In this document: positions 1 to 7,346 of the stretch, piece after piece
Position numbering within the stretch: the first letter of the stretch is position 1
Layout: every line of letters begins with the position of its first letter
Sequence record: SRR20825010_48
DNA length: 20,000 bases
Direction: 5' to 3' (one strand)
Made by a program: the position numbers and the translations under genes
The notes under the pieces: model-generated
The model's database searches: none
What the model was told of the DNA's origin: nothing
The model's input: the letters and a program-made list of their open reading frames with translations, nothing else

Positions 1-378
1 CACCGGGTTGCCGTTCATATAAACACGTGGGTAAGACGGCACATTGCTGATGGACCGAAGGCGCGTGCGCACCTCATCACCCGGAAGCGTATCGGGCACG
101 CTCTTGAGGTCAAACATCGTCGGGTCACCGTCGATGCTGGAAGCGTTCATGGCCTTGATCTCATCAGTGGTGAGGATCACATCACCCGCCCCGCTCGGCA
201 GCGTGTCAACCCAATAGTCTGCGCTCAGGTGCTTTTCCTCGACCTCAATAACGTCTGAGACAAACGCATCATCAAGCCCGTTGGGCGGCGTGACCGTGTT
301 TTGTTTCTCTTCCTCGCTTCCGCAGGCGGCCAAGCCAAGCGCGAGCAACAACAGTAGTTTTGAACCCGGATTTTTCAT
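1..378 (-). CDS. Lipoprotein, N-terminal part only (runs off the left edge); resembles the N-terminus of SH3/NlpC-P60 (YkfC-like) gamma-D-glutamyl peptidases
   Basis: Not in the ORF track. Manual translation from ATG 378 (alternative ATG 390, in frame) is open to base 1: MKNPGSKLLLLLALGLAACGSEEEKQ...SDVIEVEEKHLSADYWV...VILTTDEIKAMNA...ISNVPSYPRVYMNGNPV. It has a LAAC lipobox and an AGGA RBS about 5 nt upstream, and starts just after the DUF819 stop. The NlpC/P60 call rests on recalled similarity and gene context; the catalytic domain is outside the window. Confidence 0.7.
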   Translation of the reverse strand, partial: MKNPGSKLLLLLALGLAACGSEEEKQNTVTPPNGLDDAFVSDVIEVEEKHLSADYWVDTLPSGAGDVILTTDEIKAMNASSIDGDPTMFDLKSVPDTLPGDEVRTRLRSISNVPSYPRVYMNGNPV

Positions 379-404
379 CACATTCCTCATAAGGGTACAG
401 CCTC

Positions 405-1565
405 TCAAGAGAGCAGGGACAATATTTTACCGACCAGCAACCCACCGCCGGTGCCAATGATATACCCAAGCATGGCCATCAGCACCCCGATAGGGATCAG
501 CATTTGTGAATAAGCAGCCGCAAGGATAGGCGCAGACGCCACCCCGCCAATATTGGCAAGTGAGGCGATACCGCAGGAAAACAGATCAAGTTTGAATACC
601 TTTGCCGCCGCCACCATGCAGAGGCCGTGAATGATCAGGATCATCAGGCCTGCAAACACATAAAGCGGTGCCTGCGTGAGGCCTGCGAAGTCTGCACGCG
701 ATGCGATGAGCGCGATAATGGCATAGAGCATGACATTCGCGAGCTCATTGGAACCGGCCATGCGCCCCATCGGTGTCATCGCCGCACTCACGCCCAAAAT
801 GGTGGCAATCAACACCGCCCATGTGGTGCCGGTGAAAAAGCTGGTGGCAGGCATCAGCCCAGCCAGGTTTTGCGATAGCGCGGATGCAGCCAGGCCCGCG
901 CCCAGCAGGAATACAAGCGCTGTGAAGTCGATCCTCTTATCCGCGTCTTCTCCCAGATCCAGTTTTTCACCAACCCGGTCGATGATGCCGGTGTCGCTTT
1001 TGGTCCAGCGGTTGAAAAGCTTGGCGTGCGGTACAAGAGCGAGCAGGAGGATAACCCAGATGGCGTAATCAATCGAATCCATCAGAAGCGTATAGCCCAT
1101 CGAGCTGTCAGGCACATTCAAGGCACCCTGAATGGCCACCATGTTGCCGGTGCCGCCCATCCAACTGCCGGAAAGAGCCGCAAATGCCTTCCAGGCGTCC
1201 GCTGGTAACCATGTATTCAGCACAGTATAAGTAATAACAAAACCAACACCGATACTGATGGCCGCGGCGGCAAAAGCCAGCAACATGCGCGGACCAAGGG
1301 CCGCGATCTTGCGCAGGTCACCCTTCAAAAGCATCAGGAAAATCATCGCAGGCAGGATGTTACCCTTCACCGTGCCGTAGGTCGCGTTCACGCTGGCGCT
1401 TTGTTGCCACAGCCCGAAGGTGCTGAGCATCATCACAATGATATAAAGCGCCACAACGCCGGGCAGATAGTTGAAAATTCGGTGGTTTGTTCCTGTCTCA
1501 AGCAAGCGAATAGCGCCCCCGATCAGAAGCAAAACCGCCAGATACGTGAAACCGTCTGTAATCAC
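405..1565 (-). CDS. DUF819 (YjcL-like) polytopic membrane protein, putative transporter
   Basis: 386 aa with about 10-11 hydrophobic segments. The motifs LSGSWMGGTGNM and IASLANIGGVASAP are typical of DUF819. GTG start preceded by a GGAG RBS. Confidence 0.85.
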   Translation of the reverse strand: MITDGFTYLAVLLLIGGAIRLLETGTNHRIFNYLPGVVALYIIVMMLSTFGLWQQSASVNATYGTVKGNILPAMIFLMLLKGDLRKIAALGPRMLLAFAAAAISIGVGFVITYTVLNTWLPADAWKAFAALSGSWMGGTGNMVAIQGALNVPDSSMGYTLLMDSIDYAIWVILLLALVPHAKLFNRWTKSDTGIIDRVGEKLDLGEDADKRIDFTALVFLLGAGLAASALSQNLAGLMPATSFFTGTTWAVLIATILGVSAAMTPMGRMAGSNELANVMLYAIIALIASRADFAGLTQAPLYVFAGLMILIIHGLCMVAAAKVFKLDLFSCGIASLANIGGVASAPILAAAYSQMLIPIGVLMAMLGYIIGTGGGLLVGKILSLLS

Positions 1566-1588
1566 CGCCCTATTCTCCCCTGACCAAC

Positions 1589-1812
1589 GAATTTATTCCT
1601 TTGGGTATACCCATAGATATAAGTTGTCTGTCATTAAGGCCTTTTTCCGGTCCAAAAGCCTCATAAAACCACAACGGAATTATTTATTCCATCTTCCCAA
1701 ACCGGTTCTACCAGATAGAAATGGAGCAGGGAAGCTTATTTTTTCGGCAATTTTGTGTCGCTTGGAATAAAAATTCTTTACAGAAGGAATAATTCATCGC
1801 ATAAATTATTCG
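1589..1812. promoter_or_regulatory. Cluster of GGAAT/ATTCC operator-like motifs in the divergent promoter region
   Basis: GAATTTATTCC 1589-1599, GGAATTATTTATTCC 1676-1690 (inverted repeat GGAAT-N5-ATTCC), GGAATAAAAATTC 1764-1776, GGAATAATTC 1786-1795 and CGCATAAATTATTCG 1798-1812. Confidence 0.5.
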
Positions 1813-1877
1813 TCAAGTATTCTTGCGACGAGGCGGAGGGGCTTCGTTGCACCAACAGAAAGCTTATGGGTGAGGAA

Positions 1878-4865
1878 ATGAACGCACGGAACTTGCGAAA
1901 ATTATCATTGATACTGGGGATGGGGGTCAGTTGTGCCGCTCTCTCCGTCAATTCAGCCTTCGCAGCCAACAGCGACGGCTCAATCCGGGGTATGGTGACA
2001 AGCGAAAGCAACACCGCCCTCTCCGGTGCTACAATTACGGTTACAAACACGGAAAACGGATTCCGCCGGGCTGTCACTGCTGGCAGCGATGGTCAGTTCC
2101 GTTTCGCCCGCCTGCCGGTGGGCACTTATAATGTAACGGTGTCCAAAGACGGTTATGAACGCACGCTGGTGGAAGACGTTCGCGTTTCCATTGGTGGTTC
2201 AACCGATCTGGACGTTGCGCTGTCAGCTGGCGACATGGCGATGGAAGAGATTATCGTCTCTGCCTCATCGCTTAGCGGCATCAACATGACATCAACCGAA
2301 TCGGCGCTTAACATCAGCGCGGCGATGCTTGAAGACCTGCCGATCGGCCGCTCAGCCGACGCGGTCGCCCTTCTGGCACCCGGCGTTGTACAGGGTCCTG
2401 CTTTTGGTGGCATCTCCTTCGGTGGTGCATCGGTTGGTGAAAACTCCATCTTCGTGAACGGCCTGAACGTGAGCGACGTTGAAACCGGGGTTGGTTTCTC
2501 TGACGTTCCTTTCTCCATGTTCAAGGAATTCCAGGTTAAGACCGGCGGTTATTCCGTTGAATTTGGTCGCACGACTGGTGGTGTTGTGAACGCCGTGCTG
2601 AAATCAGGCACCAACGAGTTCCATGGCGGCGCCGAGGTTTTCTATGAGCCTCAGTTCCTGCGTGGCAACGCAAATGACTTCTATAACCGCGACGGTGACA
2701 AAACCATCTACCGCTCGGACGATGAAACCAACAATTTCAGCGCCAACCTGCACCTGAGCGGGCCAATCATCAAAGACAAGGTCTTCTTCTATGCCTTGTT
2801 CCAGCCGCGTATCAACGACGGTTCGTTCTACAACACAACAGGGTCGTCGCTCAGCCAGTTTGACGACAACTCCTCCTTCTGGGGCGGTAAGGTTGACTGG
2901 TTCATCACCGATAACCACAGCATTGAGGCTTTCGTCTTCTCTGATGAGAACACGGAAGTGACAGACCGCTTCCAGGGCGGCACTTACGCTGAAACCGCAA
3001 CAAGCGAGCGCGGCGGTATCAACTGGGCGGCAACATACACCGGTCAGATCACCGATAATTTCACGGTGAAGGCCCTTTATGGCCGTAACAAGCGGAACTC
3101 CAACGACTACACAAACATCTCAACCGAGTGTAACCGGGTGTATGATGATCGTGACGGCGTGGACGAGCATATCGGCTGTACAACACAGACCCGGAACGAC
3201 AACCGCATCAACTCACGCGACGCCATGCGGCTTGATATGGAATGGCAGCTTGACCGCCATTTGCTCCGTTTCGGCTTTGACCACGAGAAGCGTACAACCT
3301 TCATGGAACGGGCGTCTGTAGGTCCAGAGCAGGCCAACTTCACCATCTATGACACCCAGCCGGGTGACAGCGTGAACGACACCACCGTGCCGGACGGTGT
3401 GAGCGCCTATGTGCTGGCGCGCCAGGAAATTCGTGGTGGTACGTTTGATGCCAACACATCAGCGGCTTATCTTGAAGACATCTGGTCCGTAACCGACGAT
3501 CTGACAGCAACGCTTGGCGTACGCTGGGACCGGTTTGACAGCAAGGACGCTGAAGGCAATTCCTTCATTAAAGTCTCCAACATGTTCTCGCCTCGCTTCG
3601 GCCTCGCGTGGGATGTGAAGGGCGACGGCAACATGAAGCTTTATGCCAACGCAGGTCGCTACTATTTCCCAATCGCCAACGGCCTGGCCGCGCGTGAGGG
3701 TGGTGGCACGATCGATACACGTACCTACTACGCCCTTCAGGGTTTGGTAGAGAATGAAACCAGCGCGGGCCTGACCAACATCACGCCTCAGCTGGGTGCT
3801 CAAATCGGTCAGGTGGTTCAGTTCGGTAGCGGTGAAGGCCGTGACGACAAAAACTTCGTCGTCGACCAGGATCTTGATGCATCATACCAGGACGAGTTCA
3901 TCCTCGGCTTCGAGATGGCCGTCAATGACGACTGGGATTTCGGCGTGCGCGGTATCTACCGTGAATTCCACGACGCGATCGAAGACATGCGCATTGATGT
4001 AGACGTGGCCGGTTGTGGCAACATCTCCAAGTGGGTGTTTGGTAACGTTGGTAAAGAACTGACCATCGACCACGACTGTGACACCGGCGGTGTTCAAACC
4101 GTGACAGTTGATCTCGGTGAAGCGCAAAGCTTCGGTTACGACCTTGACGGTGACGGCAACCCGGACCCAATTGGCTCTGATCGTCCGATCCGCAAATATA
4201 GTGCACTTGAGTTTGTCGCCAATCGCCACTGGGATGACACCTGGATGGCTCGCTTCTCCTACACCCTGTCAAAAAGCACAGGTAACTATGAGGGCGGCGT
4301 CAACTCGGATACCGGCAACGATATCCCGGGCTGGACCGAATCTGGCGATGATGTGATGTTCATCAACTCCAACTATGGCGTGTTGGCAAACGACCACCGG
4401 CACCAGTTCAAGATGTATGGCGCTTATGCCATCACACCTGAGCTGACAGCGGGTGCGAATATGTCCATTCTTTCCGGTGCACCCATCAACGCCCGGGCCT
4501 ATGGTAACCCGTTCAATACCCAAACCCGTAAGGAAGGCAACTATCTCTGCGTTGATAACTGCCTTGACCCGGGCGATGGCATCTGGACGAGCCAGGACCG
4601 TGTGTTTGAGTATATCGAGCGCGGCCAATATGGCACCACGCCTTGGCAGGTTCGCCTTGACCTGAGCCTTGACTACACAACTCAGATCAACGGGTTCGAT
4701 TTTTATGCCGGTCTAGATGTCTTCAACGTGCTGAACACCCAGAAGGCGTTCCGCTTGTATGAGATCATCACGGACAGCTTTGATGGCCCGAACGAGGACT
4801 TCCTCGCGGTCCGTACAGCGGCTCAGCCGCGCTCGGTCCGCCTTAATGTCGGTTTCAAGTTCTGA
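1878..4865 (+). CDS. TonB-dependent receptor, Oar-like, with an N-terminal carboxypeptidase-regulatory-like (prealbumin-fold) domain
   Basis: Signal peptide MNARNLRKLSLILG...SAFA, then GSIRG-V...G-Y-VTVSKDGY (N-terminal domain), TonB-box-like MEEIIVSAS, plug motifs VALLAPGV and EFQVKTGGYSVEFGRTTGGVVNAV, SPRFG, and C-terminal PRSVRLNVGFKF with terminal Phe. The ORF-track start at 1755 is too far upstream; ATG 1878 (or 1866) is more plausible. Confidence 0.93.
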   Translation: MNARNLRKLSLILGMGVSCAALSVNSAFAANSDGSIRGMVTSESNTALSGATITVTNTENGFRRAVTAGSDGQFRFARLPVGTYNVTVSKDGYERTLVEDVRVSIGGSTDLDVALSAGDMAMEEIIVSASSLSGINMTSTESALNISAAMLEDLPIGRSADAVALLAPGVVQGPAFGGISFGGASVGENSIFVNGLNVSDVETGVGFSDVPFSMFKEFQVKTGGYSVEFGRTTGGVVNAVLKSGTNEFHGGAEVFYEPQFLRGNANDFYNRDGDKTIYRSDDETNNFSANLHLSGPIIKDKVFFYALFQPRINDGSFYNTTGSSLSQFDDNSSFWGGKVDWFITDNHSIEAFVFSDENTEVTDRFQGGTYAETATSERGGINWAATYTGQITDNFTVKALYGRNKRNSNDYTNISTECNRVYDDRDGVDEHIGCTTQTRNDNRINSRDAMRLDMEWQLDRHLLRFGFDHEKRTTFMERASVGPEQANFTIYDTQPGDSVNDTTVPDGVSAYVLARQEIRGGTFDANTSAAYLEDIWSVTDDLTATLGVRWDRFDSKDAEGNSFIKVSNMFSPRFGLAWDVKGDGNMKLYANAGRYYFPIANGLAAREGGGTIDTRTYYALQGLVENETSAGLTNITPQLGAQIGQVVQFGSGEGRDDKNFVVDQDLDASYQDEFILGFEMAVNDDWDFGVRGIYREFHDAIEDMRIDVDVAGCGNISKWVFGNVGKELTIDHDCDTGGVQTVTVDLGEAQSFGYDLDGDGNPDPIGSDRPIRKYSALEFVANRHWDDTWMARFSYTLSKSTGNYEGGVNSDTGNDIPGWTESGDDVMFINSNYGVLANDHRHQFKMYGAYAITPELTAGANMSILSGAPINARAYGNPFNTQTRKEGNYLCVDNCLDPGDGIWTSQDRVFEYIERGQYGTTPWQVRLDLSLDYTTQINGFDFYAGLDVFNVLNTQKAFRLYEIITDSFDGPNEDFLAVRTAAQPRSVRLNVGFKF

Positions 4866-4892
4866 TCCGACCACTCCTGTGTTTCGAGTTTT

Positions 4893-4919
4893 GGGCGCCC
4901 TGCGGGGCGCCCTTTTTTT
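4893..4919 (+). terminator. Rho-independent terminator of the TonB-dependent receptor gene
   Basis: GGGCGCCC-TGCG-GGGCGCCC hairpin followed by a T run, 27 nt after the stop codon. Confidence 0.85.
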
Positions 4920-4929
4920 AAAGCTTTAG

Positions 4930-5376
4930 CTAGTTGTCAAGCCGCAGGTCATCGGGGGAATAGTCGGTCATACGCAACGTGCGATCTTCAATGCCGCCTA
5001 CAAACTTGCCGTGTACGGCGCCCGTGCGCTTCTTGATATCTTTCCACTCCTGATTGGCCATAAAGCCGGCCCAGGCTTCTTTCATCGCCGCTTCACTGGG
5101 CCACTTGAGCAGATAGACAAACTCTGTTTTCTCAGCCGTTTTGGCTTCCCACATCGCTACGATATTAAAGCCGTATTCTTTCATGATCCTGTCCGCATGG
5201 TCGCGAAAACGGTCATGAAACGCCTGTTTGTTATTCTCGAAAATCTGGTAGATGCGCAACTGGTGCACCGGGCCTTCAGATGTTGCCTCGTTAGCCTGCA
5301 CCATGGGTGCGCTGAGGCCGATGGTGGCAGAGATCAACAGGGCGATTGATAGTCGTTTGAGGGGAAGGTTGAACAT
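4930..5376 (-). CDS. NIPSNAP family protein with predicted Sec signal peptide
   Basis: HQLRIY...FHDRFRDH...YGF-IVAMW...FVYLLKWPS...AW-GF..-EW is the NIPSNAP pattern. ATG 5376 follows GGAGG. The N-terminus MFNLPLKRLSIALLISATIGLSAPMVQA looks cleavable. Confidence 0.85.
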   Translation of the reverse strand: MFNLPLKRLSIALLISATIGLSAPMVQANEATSEGPVHQLRIYQIFENNKQAFHDRFRDHADRIMKEYGFNIVAMWEAKTAEKTEFVYLLKWPSEAAMKEAWAGFMANQEWKDIKKRTGAVHGKFVGGIEDRTLRMTDYSPDDLRLDN

Positions 5377-5588
5377 ATTTTCCTCCGTTAACATTTGGTG
5401 GCATTCAATATGTAATGGGCGTGCGCCGACCCTTGCGTTTTATGATCTCTTTTTGGAGGGGTGTTGCGGCAGCCCGTGGCTTCGATGCGACAGGATACCG
5501 AACAGCGTGCTTTTTGGCAAAAACCCGCACGATGGCCCGAACGAGAAGAGGCTTTATCTTCACACCAAGCTATGGTTAGGCTACCTAC

Positions 5589-6458
5589 ATGATTAAGCCG
5601 ATAAGCGAAAAACTGATGACCCTGCAACCGGGGCTCAAGATGGCCAGCCCATCGGGGTTTGCCCGTGCCTATGGGCTGTCTGCCGTCATCTGGTTTTTGC
5701 TCGCACTTTTGTTTGCGGCTGAGGGTTATATCCTCAGTCGATACCGTGGTGGCGGGCAACCATGGTGGCCGTCTTTTGGTTATTCACTGGCAATATTCTC
5801 CATCTGGGCGCTGATCAGCCCGTTGCTGCTCAGGCTTATAGGCCTTATTGAGAAACAGGGCCTGAAGCCCATAAGCCGTGCCAGCCTTTATACGCTTGGT
5901 CTCGCCATTATCAACCCGCTGCATGTGATGCTTTTTGTGCTGGTTTACTGGCCGTTTTATAACGACGGCGGGCGCATCGCCACCCGGCTGGAAATGGGCG
6001 AACGCATGATTGTACAGAACCTGCATACAAACCTGATTTTCTATGCCGTGCTGGTGCTGATCGGGGTGGGCATGCACGCACTAAAAGTTCGTGAGCTAAG
6101 CAAACCAGATCGGCAAGCTGAGCCCACAACCCTGAGCCTTCGTACCAAGGGTAGTGTGCGCCTTCTCGCGCACTCTGATATCAACTGGATCGCGGCCGCA
6201 GGCAATTACGCCGAGGTGCACACAACAAACGGCGCCTTCCTCGCGGACGATAGCCTCAGCGCTCTTCAGGCACAGCTGCCTGCGAGCAGCTTCGCGCGCA
6301 TTCACCGGGGCCACCTTGTGCGCACCGCAGCGATCAGTGAAGTGAAGAGCCTTGGGCGGGGCGACGCCCGTGTCATGCTCAAGGGCGGTACCGAGTTACG
6401 CCTCAGCCGCCGCTACAGGGAAGCGCTCACGTCTCTTCTTGGCAAGGACAGCCGATAG
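5589..6458 (+). CDS. Membrane-anchored LytTR-domain transcriptional regulator (one-component)
   Basis: About 4 hydrophobic segments, then LytTR motifs WIAAAGNYAEVH, FARIHRGHLV and LSRRY. No receiver domain. The start is uncertain (ATG 5589, 5616 or 5640). Confidence 0.85.
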   Translation: MIKPISEKLMTLQPGLKMASPSGFARAYGLSAVIWFLLALLFAAEGYILSRYRGGGQPWWPSFGYSLAIFSIWALISPLLLRLIGLIEKQGLKPISRASLYTLGLAIINPLHVMLFVLVYWPFYNDGGRIATRLEMGERMIVQNLHTNLIFYAVLVLIGVGMHALKVRELSKPDRQAEPTTLSLRTKGSVRLLAHSDINWIAAAGNYAEVHTTNGAFLADDSLSALQAQLPASSFARIHRGHLVRTAAISEVKSLGRGDARVMLKGGTELRLSRRYREALTSLLGKDSR

Positions 6459-6467
6459 GCAACCCCG

Positions 6468-6499
6468 CCCGCTGGTCACGCCACCGGTCCCGCTCGTCA
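6468..6499 (+). promoter_or_regulatory. Putative LytTR-binding direct repeats
   Basis: CCCGCTGGTCA (6468-6478) and CCCGCTCGTCA (6489-6499) are 10/11 identical with a 21-bp period, between the LytTR gene and the next ORF. Confidence 0.7.
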
Positions 6500-6578
6500 T
6501 TTCTGACTGGCGGCGCATGCACTCACCGCATTAGCTGCTCGCGACCAAGCCCCCGGGGCACTACAGCGAGGACCCACA

Positions 6579-7343
6579 ATGGCAAGACTTATGAAGAGAC
6601 AATCCAACTGGTTAAACGCGGGCTTTGCAGCCCTGAGCATATTGACGTCGCTCCCCCTTATGGCAGAGCCGGATACCGGCAACGACGGTATTTATATCCT
6701 TGGTGCCCTGCACGGCCTGCACGAAAGCGAAGACAGCTTTACCTATGACGATCTGCGGGCCATCATCACGCGGCTCAACCCGGATATCATGGTGCTTGAG
6801 GTGCGGCCTGATGAACTTGCCGAATTTAAAGACACGCGCGGCAGGCCAGAGTATCCCGAAGTCATCTGGCCAATGCTCAGAGCCGGTGGCCGGGCGGCTG
6901 TGGCGATGGAGCCGGGCGGGGAAGACTTTGACCGCATGACAGGGCGGGCCGCAGCCGCGTTTAAGGCCCTGAATCAAGAGAACCCCGCCGGGGCTGCATT
7001 CCTCAGGCGTTACCGCAAAGCATTTGAAACGGCGCTGGTCTCGCATTGGGAAAGCCCGGCACAAAGCCATGATCAGGCCACCGCAGACCTTGTGGAAGGC
7101 TACAAACGTGTTCAGTTCAGCTTTTTTGACCACACCCAATCAGAAAACCAGGCCGAGTGGGACGGCTACATGGCCGATATCGCGCTTGAGACAGCGCGGG
7201 CCAACCCGCAAAAGCGCATTCTGGTGCTCGGGAGCTATAGAAACCGTCATGTGCTTGAAGCGATAGTGCAGGCTGGCGTGCCAGACCGCGTGAGGGACAT
7301 GAAAGCCTGGCTGGAACAGGATAACACAGCGCCCAGCCAGTAA
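6579..7343 (+). CDS. Secreted hypothetical protein, probable TraB/Tiki/EreA/ChaN-like fold
   Basis: 254 aa with a GAGG RBS and a signal peptide ending LPLMA. The motifs IYILGALHGLH, PDIMVLEVRP and C-terminal NPQKRILVLGS resemble that superfamily. The fold call is inference. Confidence 0.65.
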   Translation: MARLMKRQSNWLNAGFAALSILTSLPLMAEPDTGNDGIYILGALHGLHESEDSFTYDDLRAIITRLNPDIMVLEVRPDELAEFKDTRGRPEYPEVIWPMLRAGGRAAVAMEPGGEDFDRMTGRAAAAFKALNQENPAGAAFLRRYRKAFETALVSHWESPAQSHDQATADLVEGYKRVQFSFFDHTQSENQAEWDGYMADIALETARANPQKRILVLGSYRNRHVLEAIVQAGVPDRVRDMKAWLEQDNTAPSQ

Positions 7344-7346
7344 AGC

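Noticed and set aside
272-469. 65-aa minus-strand ORF from the track
   Set aside because: It is in the wrong frame and overlaps both DUF819 and the real lipoprotein CDS (378 to <1), which has an RBS and a lipobox.
1755-1877. N-terminal extension of the TonB receptor ORF
   Set aside because: It runs through the AT-rich promoter region; the signal peptide begins at ATG 1878 (or 1866).
1566-1877. Riboswitch or Fur-type control of the TonB receptor
   Set aside because: I recognised no cobalamin or TPP riboswitch core and no convincing Fur box. The receptor is of the Oar type rather than the siderophore or BtuB type.
4921-7346. NIPSNAP-LytTR module as a mobile element
   Set aside because: No transposase, integrase, terminal repeats or target-site duplication were seen.
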